64,000 bases of DNA from positions 682,001 through 746,000 of the forward strand of contig NW_020845647.1 of the NCBI RefSeq assembly GCF_003704095.1, in the 5' to 3' direction. This document shows positions 47,640-60,412 of the stretch, piece by piece. The position numbers were made by a program, and so were the translations under genes. Position 1 is the stretch's first letter. Each line of letters opens with the position of its first letter. This DNA comes from Pocillopora damicornis. Taxonomy: Eukaryota. The notes under the pieces were generated by a model that saw only the letters and a list, made by a program, of their open reading frames with translations, was not told where the DNA came from and made no database searches.

Positions 47640-50619
47640 ATGTGGGTCAGTCCATATGTCAGAAGCAGAACTGGAAGGTTGTTATTAGAGAGACTTGCTG
47701 AAAATGACAGCCAAGAACTGGAAACAGAGAAAACATCAGTGAGTTTCTTTATGGTGTTCTGTGATTGTCAGGGATACAGGGCTCTTGGATAGAAGTAACT
47801 AGCTTTCAATCAGAAATAACTTAATATGTCATGCTTTCTAGATTGTTTTACTGTATGATGATGAATTTTAAGACTTCTTTGTGAAATTTTATTTATGTTA
47901 ATACAAATTTTGTATCATTAAACATGCATTTTAGGTAATATGACTTTTCACCTCAGAAGTTGCTTTAAAACTTGTAATGCCTGTTTGATGACAAATGGGT
48001 TTCATTGACAACCATCCATAAGAGGGCTTAAACAAAATAATAATTTTGATATTTCAATAATAAAGTAATTAACAGAGAAAAAATGATTCAAGCAGTTGTG
48101 AAAGTTTCCATTGATCTTGTTCTGTGAAGAACATTTTTAGTCTATAGAAATGAAAATGAAAGAATTTTACAAACTCTTACATTGATGGTTTTTTTGTGTG
48201 ATTTTGTAATGCTTGCAGTGGTACAAATGTGAAAGTGAAGCTTTGTTGGAAGAGCTACAAGCTAAGTTTGTAGAGAGCTCACTGGATCAAGAAACTGAAG
48301 CTTTCTTACAAAACTGTCATGAGAAAGCTGATGCAGTGTTCACGCAGATTGGACATCTTCTGTTCAAAGGGTTCTTTGGTTTCTTTATGTCTGTGACTAC
48401 AGCAAATGGGTAATTAGTCTGAAAGATTTGTATTATGTATAATTTATGTGCACAATTTCATTTTGTCTCAAGAGTAGACCAAAGATGACTGTCACGCACT
48501 TTCTTTGCTCCATGCTCATGGCAAGAGAAATAACATTGTTTTTTGTGATGAAACCCAAAATTGACCACCTTTCTTATTCTATTTACTTACTTAATGCTTT
48601 TGTCATTGCTGAAACAAGCAGTATGCAGGATGTCTTTCACTTATGAACATATCAGTGGTCCAGCTTACCATAGAGTCTCTTAGGCTCAGTAGTAGAACAC
48701 AGGAACTTGGAATGCAAAGATCTGTAAATCAATTATTTGTGAAAAAAATAACATTCCTATAAAAGTTACTTCACCTGTATAACTTTTAATTTCCTGAGTT
48801 CAGCAAACAATTAGATTTATTTGTTATTCTGTTTTGTAGAATTTTGGATCGAGGATCAATGTTTGTATTTTCTGATGCCCAGTTTCAAAGACTCATGAAT
48901 GTAGATGGATCATGGAAGACAGGGACTATGTTAGACTTAGGAGCTGGTGATGGCAAAGTAACAAGTGTTATAAAACATCACTTTGATGAAGTTTATGCTA
49001 CAGAGCAGTCTCCATCCATGAGGTGGAGACTCCAAGACAAGGGCTTCAAGTAAGTCAGCTTTAAGATCAAGTCTTAAGGGGGGCCAAGTGACCCATTACT
49101 GCTGCTGCTCACTGTGGTTTCTGTAACATGAATCAAGGATGAGTATGTCTTCTTCTCCCCCTCTTTCCCTCCTTTGCTTTGTCTAGTTTCCCTACTGGTT
49201 GGCAAGTACCCATTTTCATTCCTAGTGCTCACTCCACCTTTCTGATCAGCACCATGTGCCACAAAATGCTAAAACGACAACCTTGTGGTTGATACTTTTG
49301 TGTCAAAGTGAGCCAGAGTTAATTTCCTCCAGCTATCATCTGCATCTCAAAAACATCTTTGCTTAAGTTCTCTATTACAAGACAATGATCTGATCAGAGC
49401 ATGAATGTGGATTTCCTGATTCAGTTGACAGTTTGTAACTGCCTGCCACCTCAACAGCTTTAGCATTAATTGTTAATTCTCTCTTTTTAGAATCCCTAAG
49501 ACCCAAATCTTAAAGTTTGTTAAAGTGCACAACACAAGGCCTACAGCTGAACTTCTCTGCTGAATGTCTTTCCATATCTTTGTTTTTATGATTACCTTTT
49601 TAAGTTGATGAGATCTCGTAACAAACATAAATGCTGTTATATTTTCTTCCTAGCCTTTCTGTAGATAACCAGGTTTGCTGTCTGTCACTAAAAAGCAAAT
49701 CGAGAAGTTTAAAATCTGAGAAAGGGTTTTAATGCAAGGCATCGAATCTCTCTGTCAATGTCAGGTTACTTGATGAAAGTGAATGGATGAAGGTTGATTT
49801 CAAGTTTGATGTGATTGCATGCCTAAACCTGTTGGATAGGTGTGACAAACCTCTCACACTACTCAGTGACATTAAGGAAACTCTACATCCTGAAACAGGC
49901 CGCCTGATTGTTGCAGTTGTTCTTCCATTTAGACCCCTTGTGGAATCAGGTATGCTTGAGTCTATAATTTTTGTTTTGTTTTTTTTTTTTTGTCTTACAG
50001 AAGCTAATTCAAAATGAAAACTATGCCTTTAATTAAGGAAGGCCTTTAATGGAAGTAACATATGGCAGTTACTAAGAGTACTCCAAAGGCTTAGAACAGG
50101 TGATTCAAATGCTCCATCATCAAATGATGGTTAAGGCATCTGTGAGTATGTTGCAGCAGTTTGGGTCATCTCTGTTGAAATGTTGATAGTAACCTGTGGT
50201 ACACTAACATCCTATCCAAAGAGGGTACCTATCCTCTAGGCTACATTCTGTAAGTTATGCTATGAAAGTCTGATGATTTTCTGCAGTGTAGGCAAATAAG
50301 CAGCTTTTGTACAAGGTGTAAGCTATCTCTGTCTTCAAAGAGAAAAAAAAAGAAATAGAATATAAATTTGTTTTATATATAAAGAAATTGAAGTCTGTAT
50401 TATTCTTTAGGCACAAAGATGATTCAGCCAAGTGAAGTTATAACAGTTCATGGAAATTTATGGGAAGAACAAGTACAAAGTCTTGTTTCTGATGTGTTTG
50501 AGCCAAGTGGATTTACTGTGGAACTGTTTACAAGAGTTCCATATTTATGTGAGGGTGATTTGTATAAGGATTTTTACATTCTGGATGATGCTTTGTTTGT
50601 TCTCAAAATATCACAATAA
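47640..50619 (+). CDS. METTL9: Protein-histidine N-pros-methyltransferase METTL9 (DREV), 297 aa, 5 coding exons
   Basis: Exons 47640-47738, 48219-48409, 48840-49049, 49765-49949, 50411-50619. Motifs RGSMFVFS, LDLGAGDG, CLNLLDRCDKP and VPYLCEGDLY..LDDA. Confidence 0.95.
48498..48740 (+). repeat. Degenerate tRNA-related repeat in a METTL9 intron
   Basis: agcagtatgcaggatg...agagtctcttaggctcagtagtagaaca contains an A-box-like tRNA arm; no full cloverleaf. Confidence 0.4.
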
Positions 50620-51336
50620 GGCAGCACAAACATGCGCTTCAAATTGAGTGAAGGGAATAATATTTCCACAGAAATGGCATTAATGACCCAAATGTTTAAA
50701 ACGTAGAGCTAGATGAGTATTTACTTCAAATATGCCTATTGTTTTCTGTACAAGGAAGTGTATTTTAATATTTTTATTTACAAAATTTCATTTCTTACCA
50801 AATTTTTACAACAGTAAAATTTATGGTTTTAAATTATCCTTATTTCAAAACAGCAAATAACAGCTATTTTAACAAGAGAATAAAATTTGCAGAAAGCAGT
50901 GCTCTAGCAACAAGCAAAATGAAATCTATGCAATTGCCACATTACTTCCTTTGAACAAGTCATATTGATTAATACGCAACTGACCTACAAGCGGGCACTG
51001 TAGAACATAAAGAGACAAGCCACCACAGGCCACATGTTTCCATGTGTGTTGCAGCACCTATTTTGTTCTTGGGTTGTAAATCTCACTTGTTCACAGGAAT
51101 TTGTCATATCACAACATTCAATTTTTAGAAAACAATGCATGCATTTTAATACTTTTAATTAGTAATTAGGTTGTTTTTAAACAAAATACACTAAGGGTGG
51201 GTATTTCTAACCCAGTTTTATTTGATTTAACATCGGCATACATTCTAGTACTATTTAACATTCTGTATAGAGTGTGCTAAAACAGGTAACTACATATTTA
51301 TAAGGGCAATAAAGTTCAAATTCAATAGAAAGTCTG

Positions 51337-54300
51337 TTATGGTATTTTCACAACAAGAGCCTGAGCTTTACTTAATTTAATGTTATCAAAGAGAATTTTT
51401 GCTCCCCTCATCTTCATTTCACTGTCAACTTCAACCACTCCTGAACCACTGATGCTATCAAGTGAACCTGTCCAACTCTCCTGCCCAAAGTTTACTATTA
51501 TGAGAAATTTGCAGTGTTTGGCTGACCTGGTATAAGCAAGAATTAAGCTATCTACATGAACAACTTTGAAACAAAGTTCTTTAAGGCATCGTGAAGAAGA
51601 CCTTATCCTCAGTAGTTCTCGATACAGCTGTAAAACTGAAGTTGGATCTGCCATTTGATCCTCTACATTCACTATTTTGAAATTTTTTGCAACAGGTAGC
51701 CATGGTTTCATTCCATGGGTAAAACCAGCATTTTGTTTACTGCACCACTGCATAGGTGATCGTTGAGGATCACGGAAATCTTTGCTGGTTTTAAGAGGCA
51801 CTTCAGCATCTGTCATTCCAATTTCTTCCCCATAATAAGTGACAGCAGTTCCAGGAAGTGTAAGAAGGAGAACGTTTAGTGCACGGGAGTACTCATGGCC
51901 AACTTTGGTACCAATTCTGGATACATCATGGTTTCCTAATAACCAATTGGGCCACTTCCCCCTGGGTAGGGCAGTAAGGTAATCAGAGATTACTTCATAC
52001 AAATCTTGTGCAGTTGTGGATTTGGAAAGCCCCAAAAACCCAAAGTTAAAGGGGAAATCAAATTCACTGTATCTCCCACCATAATACTTCATAACATCTG
52101 GAAGATCTGCCATTATCTCCCCTATGAGTATTCTGTATGGCGCCTTGTACTGATTGAGAAGTGTTCTCCATTCCTGAACAATTTTGTGATTATCCCACAA
52201 GTTTTTCGTGTAAATGTGCTCCAAGTGATCATAGTTGGGACATAAGGGATCATACNNNNNNNNNNNNNNNNNNNNNNNNNNNNNNNNNNNNNNNNNNNNN
52301 NNNNNNNNNNNNNNNNNNNNNNNNNNNNNNNNNNNNNNNNNNNNNNNNNNNNNNNAGCCGTTCTGCAGAGAGCAACAGATTTTGGTGTCACTTTCAACCC
52401 TGAGAAGTGTCAATTCGGAGTGGAAGAGATAGAGTTCTATGGGCACAAGTTCACGAAGAATGGATTAAAACCAAACCCAGAGAAGGTCAGAGCCGTGAAG
52501 GAAAGCAGCCCACCANNNNNNNNNNNNNNNNNNNNNNNNNNNNNNNNNNNNNNNNNNNNNNNNNNNNNNNNNNNNNNNNNNNNNNNNNNNNNNNNNNNNN
52601 NNNNNNNNNNNNNNNNNNNNNNNNNNNNNNNNNNNNNNNNNNNNNNNNNNNNNNNNNNNNNNNNNNNNNNNNNNNNNNNNNNNNNNNNNNNNNNNNNNNN
52701 NNNNNNNNNNNNNNNNNNNNNNNNNNNNNNNNNNNNNNNNNNNNNNNNNNNNNNNNNNNNNNNNNNNNNNNNNNNNNNNNNNNNNNNNNNNNNNNNNNNN
52801 NNNNNNNNNNNNNNNNNNNNNNNNNNNNNNNNNNNNNNNNNNNNNNNNNNNNNNNNNNNNNNNNNNNNNNNNNNNNNNNNNNNNNNNNNNNNNNNNNNNN
52901 NNNNNNNNNNNNNNNNNNNNNNNNNNNNNNNNNNNNNNNNNNNNNNNNNNNNNNNNNNNNNNNNNNNNNNNNNNNNNNNNNNNNNNNNNNNNNNNNNNNN
53001 NNNNNNNNNNNNNNNNNNNNNNNNNNNNNNNNNNNNNNNNNNNNNNNNNNNNNNNNNNNNNNNNNNNNNNNNNNNNNNNNNNNNNNNNNNNNNNNNNNNN
53101 NNNNNNNNNNNNNNNNNNNNNNNNNNNNNNNNNNNNNNNNNNNNNNNNNNNNCCAGCTACCATGAAGGACTATCAGCCGGATTATTCCAGGACACAGGCA
53201 ATGGCCAACAGCCAGTCCACTTCATTAGCCGCAGCATGACTGACACCAAGAAAAGATACAGTCAGACAGAGGAAGATGCCCTCTCCATACATTGGGCAAA
53301 GAACAGATTCAGCATTTACCTTCTGGGAGCGCCAAAATTCAAGATCATCACAGCTCACAAACCATTACTTCCATTGTTTAACAAGGCAGCCATGCAACTT
53401 CCACCAAGAATAGAAAAATGGGTAATGGGAATGCAAGATGTCGACTTTGAGCTAATCTATGAACCTGGAAAGGATGAAGCCGATCCACTTGACTTCCTGT
53501 CGAGACACCCTTTGCCAGAAACTGGAAAGGATACCATAGAGAGAGTGATCAAGTACACGGTGACAGCCGAACATGCTGTTGTTGTAGATCACATCAAGGA
53601 AGAAACTCTCAAAGACACCCAGCTTCAGAAACTTTCCATCAGAATACTCACTGGAGATTGGGAACAACACAAGAAGGACCCAGACATTGCACCATTTTAT
53701 AGTGTACAGAATGAGTTGCACGTAGTCAATGACCTAATCTTCAGGATGAATCAGATCATTGTCCCAACAAGCCTACAGAGAAAGGTCATCAAGGCAGCAC
53801 ATCACCTGGGACACGTGGGAATGACAAAAAACAAAGCAGATGTTAAGAGCAAAGTATTGGTTTCCAACCATGAACAATATNNNNNNNNNNNNNNNNNNNN
53901 NNNNNNNNNNNNNNNNNNNNNNNNNNNNNNNNNNNNNNNNNNNNNNNNNNNNNNNNNNNNNNNNNNNNNNNNNNNNNNNNTACTCAGGCTTAGTGGGTTC
54001 ATCAAGAAATTTTGAATCCTCAACAAGATGAGGAACTGCATCAACTCTAAATCCATCAACTCCTTTGTCAAGCCAAAACATTAGCACTTCCTTCAAAGCC
54101 TGGCGCACCTCAGCGTTTCTGAGGTTCAGATCGGGTTGTTCAGGACAAAACTGGTGCAAATAATACTGTCCTGTTCTGGTATCGTAGCTCCATGCGCTTC
54201 CCCCAAATACACTGACCCAGTTATTAGGTACCCCACCCCCTGGGGAAGGGTCATTCCAGACATACCAGTCTCTTTTAGGACTCTCTCTACTGGCGCGACT

Positions 54301-54759
54301 CTCAAGGAACCATGGGTGTTCATCTGAAGTGTGGTTAGGTACAAAATCCAGCACAAGTTTCATGTCCCTTACATGCATCGCTTTTAAGAGTTCATCAAAG
54401 TCATTCAGATCTCCAAAGAGAGGATCAATGTCTGTGAAGTCTGAGATGTCGTAGCCATTGTCCACCATAGGAGATTTGAATATTGGGCTCAGATATAAGA
54501 TTTTGATCCCCATGTATTCAAAATAGTCCAGCCTGTTCATTATTCCCCGTAAGTCGCCATTTCCATCGCCACTCGAGTCTTGGAAAGATCGAGGATATAT
54601 ATGATAAATTACGCTCTCTTTCCACCACTTTTTCCGCTCATTCTGCTCTTTTCGCGCTTTGTATCCCTTCAATAGAGTAAAAATCACTGCGTTTAAGATA
54701 ATTGCAGCTAAAATCGCCACAATCATAGGCCACATTGCACCTAAATCCTCGGCCACCAT
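51337..54759 (-). CDS. GH13 alpha-glucosidase/maltase (SLC3A1-like family) with an N-terminal TM anchor; intronless, about 564 aa when joined; interrupted in the assembly by gaps and Gypsy DNA
   Basis: Segments 54759-53981 and 52255-51337 overlap by 3 nt and join in frame (PTKPE-YDPL). Motifs WWKESVIYHIYPRSF, DFVPNHTS, DGFRVDAV, IGEI, LGNHD and YYGEEIGM. Confidence 0.88.
52356..53880 (+). mobile_element. Ty3/Gypsy LTR retrotransposon pol fragments (RT end, RNase H, start of integrase zinc finger)
   Basis: EEIEFYGHKFTKNGLKPNPEKV; PVHFISRSMTDTKKRYSQTE..W..F..YL; RIEKW..DFELIYEPGK..AD.LSR; AHHLGHVGM, with LRAKYWFPTM in the next frame. Bounded by N gaps. Confidence 0.92.
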
Positions 54760-54962
54760 TTTTTTCCCCAGGCGAACACCGCAGAGGAGAGAACTGGGAC
54801 CCAAATTCAGAGATGCAAATAACTGGTTCCTTTGCCGACGAATAAACAAGTAGCAACATAATGCGGTTAATACAACATAAACAGCTGAAAGTCGAATGAT
54901 ATCATTGCTTTATGACTTTGATATAAGTCAAGATTTGAAAGAAACAGCAAATTTTACTGACG
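54760..54962. promoter_or_regulatory. Very compact divergent promoter between the GH13 gene and the coiled-coil gene
   Basis: Only 203 bp separate the divergent ATGs. Confidence 0.6.
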
Positions 54963-57900
54963 ATGTCAACAAAGGCACATCGCAGAGCAAGCTACGAGGA
55001 CAGAGTGGACCAAGACAGCCGATTGACAGGCAAACACATACGAACTTTGTTACACCTGCAAGATTTACACACCGAAAACGATCTTTTGAAAGCTAGAATT
55101 GCTGAACTGGAGCTTGAGGAGGCAAAAGCTGCCAGATGTGATCTTCTGGAGCGTGAAGTAGAGAAGTTACGGGTAAGACTTTGTGAAGTTTCTCTCTCTT
55201 CTGCAGGTTAATTTCAATAACAGACCTAACTATAGCGCACACAGCACAGGGGATCAGCTGTGATTAAAGTATACAGTCAAGGCCATTTTTATTTAAGACT
55301 AACATTTCATAATTTACCTGGTATTGTAAATAATGAAATTTTACTCTCATTAATCTCTATCGATCATACTTGTTCAGACAAGATGTCTGCTTATTTGAAA
55401 TTCTGAAATTCAACGAACCAAGACTGGCTCAAAGTCCAAATGTGGGAATTGTGATAAAAGTGACGTTAAGGAGCTCTGACTGCCACATTGCTGCAAAGAA
55501 ATTAAAAAACAACATATTACTGCGCAAAAAAATAAAGGAACGTGGACTAGGCATCAAGTTTCATTCCCACTCATGTTTTTCACACACAGTTGGATGCATC
55601 ATAAAGCTATACTACATTCTTGCATAGAATGTGGTCATAAAGTCTGTTTGCTACTCATTATTTAGGCCTTATGGGTGCTTGCATACATGTTACTTGTGCT
55701 AGTCACTCTTCACCAATATGTTGATTTTGAGTCTTGAATAAAGTTTGCAACCATTGATCAGTTTGTTTCATATCCTCTTTAAGATGTTTTAGAATTTTTG
55801 ACCCTTGATCAAATAGTTCTGAAGAGAGTGTCAAGCGTCAGTGATTGTGGAACACAGGTTCACTGATCAAGAAACCACCATATTACATTTTTTTTGTTTG
55901 GCCATACACTGGAGCTTTCTTTACACAAAGAATGCACACTACAGGATTAGGGATCACTGAATTACCACATGAACAACTGAACAACACTGCAAATACTAAT
56001 GTCCTTCTAGATAATACTAGAGAGTTCTTTGTCAATATCCAGCTGCCTTCACCTCACAAAGATATTCACTAAGATATATCACTCATGAAGCACTATCTGT
56101 TGTGCAACTAAATCCTTTGTCCCCCAAAATCTAGACCATCACTTCCATCAGTGTGAGATGTGGTCATAATTTGAAACTAATCATGGTGGCTGGTTCTCAT
56201 TTTATTTCTCATTAGCATTTTTCATTTGCCATAGCAGTTGTAGCAATCATGTTGGTTTTCAGTAAGTTATTGTTTTTAAGAGATTTATGACCCATTTTAT
56301 GAATGACAGCAGTAAAGACCATGTTTACACTGAACAGTTTACCAATGTACACAAACTGTTGAACTGTCAAGAAGACTTAATTAAATACTAGAGAGTTGTT
56401 GAAAGTCTAGCACAAATTATGTCACATCCAAAATGACTTTCGCTGTTGCAGTCTTCTTAATTTAGTGATCAGTTGCAGTTAAATAAAAAAAAAAGTTGAA
56501 ATTCCAGCAAAAGAACATTTTCATATCATTACAGCATATTTCTTTCTGAAAGTAAGGTACCTATCATCCATCACTCACATCCGTGATACAATAATGTTTA
56601 AATGGAATCTTCTTTATTCTTGTGAACTTTACGGGGATAGAGAGTTAAATGAAATTTCCTATATTAGTATTTTTTTGTCATTACTTTGTCAAATGTTCTG
56701 CAGGGTGAATTATTGAAGTGTGAAGAGCTTCATCAGATTGCTAAGGAAGCAAAGGATAAGTTCCAGCAAATGCAAAGAGACTGTTTGATGAAGATTGATG
56801 AAAACTGTGCAGCTTTGACAGAAAAACACAAAATAGAGGTGGGTAATTACATGCAACAATATACCTGTAGAATGTAATTAAATCTTTGATTACAAAGTAC
56901 AAAGATGTTTAAGAAATTATATAAAAGTGAGCTACATAGCTGTGACAAGTGTTTGCTGTGAAGACCTGAAAAATTGTGCGTCGTTGAACCCTATCTTTTA
57001 AGGTCCTGCATTTAATTTATCAATTTTTATTGAGTTATGATTAGAATGAAAAGATTTCTTGATAATATGAGTTGACAGTGTGGGTAGCCAAATTTACCAT
57101 GCCAGCTTGTCATCTTTGATTGAGGTAGCAAAACTAGGTTTCTCGGGCTAAAAAAAAACTTTCGTCCTCAACTTTGGAATGTAGCACTTAAGACCTTGGG
57201 TTGTGAACTATTAGCATGAAGGTAATGTAAGTAGATATATCTACATTACTGGTATTTACTGGGCAGAAGGTCTGTTTGGGGGAAAATGTGTCAGAGGTCT
57301 TCAGTACCGCCCAAGGCTGAAGGCAAAGGGCTGTACTTGAGATCAATTCCAGAATTTTTCTATATGGACCAACAAAGGGTGGTAAATAACTTACTTATTT
57401 TCGTAAAGTTTCTGAACTATGGTTGATATTTTCAAAAGCTGCACTGTTTACTAGCACACAAGTAGCCAATCAGATTTGATGATTTAAAATTCCAGCCCAC
57501 TGAGATACTTTTAAAACAAAATAAAGGAAATGATGGTCATTTTCTCTTCAGATCATGAGAATTGTGTCAGAAAAACTTGAAGCTGAAAATTGCTGGACAA
57601 TTGAGAAGCAACAGGTATGTTGAGCAACTGAGTGGTTCTTTGATAATTATGTCTTGTTCTAATCAATACTAATTATTGCTCCAGTCATTAACCACTTGAA
57701 TGCCTTCTCTGAAGGTAACATCCCATTTTCAGTACCTAATCTTTAGGTTTTCAGGGGGCATAGAAGGTGTGATGGTGTATAAACACTGCCTTTGATTAGT
57801 TTATGGAACAAAGCCGAAGCCTCTTGTGAGGATGTAATTAAAAATTACTGTTTTCCTCAACAAGGCCGTGGTTGAAAGATATGGAACCATATTGGAACAC

Positions 57901-59069
57901 ATTAACCCTTTAACTCCCAAGATCTCATTAGTAATTCTCCTTTCTGTCTGCCATACAATTCTTATGATGTCAATTTGGAGAATTTGGTACTGGATCAACT
58001 AATAATCCCCTAATTGATATTATATTTTATTCTCATCTCTTCTATGCTTGCTTTTGTATTGATATTGTAAGGAGAAATTCTCAGTCACTCATGGGAGGTA
58101 AAGGGTTAAGCCAGTTAGGTTAATTATACAATTATTCAATTTTAAAATAAAGGTTTTTATTAAATTAAAGGTTACCAAGAAAATTGAAGATCTTCAGAAA
58201 GAAAACAAGTTTCTGAAAGAAGAACTGGAGATTTTAAAAAGAACAGGATGTGATACTGTTGTAAGTAACAATAGTGGTTGTTTTTCAGTGGTAAACTTTT
58301 CTGCATTAAGTCAAACTTTGGTGTTTATTAAGTAATTAAGGAATTGTTTTAAGGAGTGTGTTGGTTTTAATTTTTGTAGAAACTGAATTCAGCTCTTCAA
58401 GAATCAAAGGCAGCCATTGAGTTACTGAAACAAAACTGTGAACAGTTGAAACAAGAAAAAGGGGTCCTAGAGAAGACAGTAAAGGATTTGAGTATGAAAA
58501 ATGAAACTCTCTCATCAGAGGTGGACAGTTTGAAATCTAGGATAGCTGTTCTGGAAATGCAGACAAAACTTTCACGAGAAGCTAAAGCTGAGGAGCAGGG
58601 TAAAGCCATGGAAACTAATAAGCTAAAAGAACAGGATGAGGCTGAAATAGCTAAGTTGAAAGGACTTATTCAGAAACTAGAGAGTAAAAATGAAGCCCTT
58701 ACAGAAGCTAACGAAAAACTAGAAAACGGCAACAAACTTTTGGAGTTCAATATTCAGGATTCTGCTCAGACCTTGAAGCACATGTACAAAGAAAGAGACT
58801 TGCTTAAAAACAGGATTACAGGACTTCTCAATGAAATAGCAGCTATGAAGTCACAAACACCGGAGAAACACACATTTGTTGACTTTGTCCATCTTAAACG
58901 GGATTACAATGCACTGAAAGATGAACACGAAAAGCTTCTCAAGAAAAGAGTCTCCAAAACGAATGTGTTACCAACTTTGAAGGGAGATGCCACAGTTGTT
59001 GCACGGGCAACAAGCGGTGGGACTGTGAGAAATGGAGCACAAGTGGGAGGGGTGGGTGCTTTCTGGTAG
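54963..59069 (+). CDS. Uncharacterised coiled-coil protein, about 395 aa, 5 exons
   Basis: Exons 54963-55172, 56704-56838, 57552-57614, 58171-58260, 58380-59069; all phase 0, GT-AG. Heptad-like E/K/L-rich sequence throughout. Confidence 0.8.
57902..58109. mobile_element. piggyBac-like TTAA MITE, best-preserved copy
   Basis: TTAA-CCCTTTAACTCCCA ... TGGGAGGTAAAGGG-TTAA. Confidence 0.9.
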
Positions 59070-60412
59070 CAGAAGGCTCTTTTTACGCCAACTTCCCTCC
59101 CCCATTTCTTAATGCAGATGCTTTCCAAGGTAGATGATGTACCCTGGCATTTGGTGAAAAAAATGTTTTTCAGGTGCAACTTGCAATTATCTATTCCTGT
59201 TTTAAGCTAGGAGAGTTTTGTATTTCATCGTTTGGTACTGTACGTATAGTATATGTTGAGAATGTTTATGCTTCGTCAATGTACGTTAAACAATTTGAAC
59301 TGGCTTTTTAAATAGAGGAGACTGAGATGATTCGGTCTGGTTAGTTTGGTAGATTTGTTTTTGGCAAACTATTTAACTCATAATTCTGCACAATTACCCG
59401 CTCAATCGATTTATCGATTTCCGTATTTATTCAACACAGTAATTATAAGGAGCGTATTTTACAAAGCTATTTATAGCAAACTCGGTATTTAACTTCGTTA
59501 ACTTGGAAGGTATTTAACTGCAGACCCAAATGGTATTTGGTGTGATTTCTGTAGTCTTTTAGATTTCAGCAGCACCATGATGTACGAGAAAAGTAGTATG
59601 ACATAGTAAGCGGATGTAATTGTAAATAACTAATTTTTCCATTGAAAATGGGGAAGTTAAACTGCCCTTAAAAACCTAGATTTCTGTAACTGATAACGAG
59701 ACAAAAGAGAGTAGATTTTAGTATAAATGTATGAAAAGTGGGCGAATGTGCAATAAAATGTTTACACGTATGTTATATTACTATTAGTTAAGATGTGTCA
59801 TCAGGGTTTCGATCACATTTAAAAGAAAGTCAATTTTGTCGGCTAACCTGTTAGCCGACGCGCTAACAGCCCTTATAAGACCAGAATCCAGTTACCTCCA
59901 GCGTTTGGAATAAAATTGAATCATATCCATCAAATACTGAAATTAAATGTAAGAAAGAAGATATTAATGCCTGTAATCTAACGTTCTTAATTTAGGTATA
60001 AGTAAATTTCAATAGTTTGGTCATAAAAATTCTTGCCTAAAAAAGGCAGTGATTACATCACACAACCTGACAGAAAGTTAAACAACTCCGGCAGATAACC
60101 GGAGTGTTAAGATTTCCGGTATGACCGCAGGTCGTTACCGCCATCACTAAAATGTTTCATGCACGGGTGTACGACTGTAAGACTGTGTCAGGTGCTTCAG
60201 GAAACACGTTATGTTTGTGGATACTGGACTAATATTTGACGGTTTCCACTCAAATCTTGACAAACTGCAGGTCAGATAACACCAATAAGATGGTGATATG
60301 AAGGGTAAAGAAGTCTGCTGGTGGCGCACGAATTAACTTTGTGTAGTGTCTTTACATCTGTTTTGATGCCTATCTTTATCTGGAAAAATATTTTGCTGAC
60401 AGTCCCGTGTAA

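Noticed and set aside
52122-54071. Long ORFs containing X runs, and an apparent glucosidase-pol fusion
   Set aside because: Artefacts of translating through N gaps; the two genes are on opposite strands.
59838-59859. 10-bp hairpin gtcggctaac/gttagccgac as a Helitron end or terminator
   Set aside because: No downstream CTRR and no other element features; may be chance.
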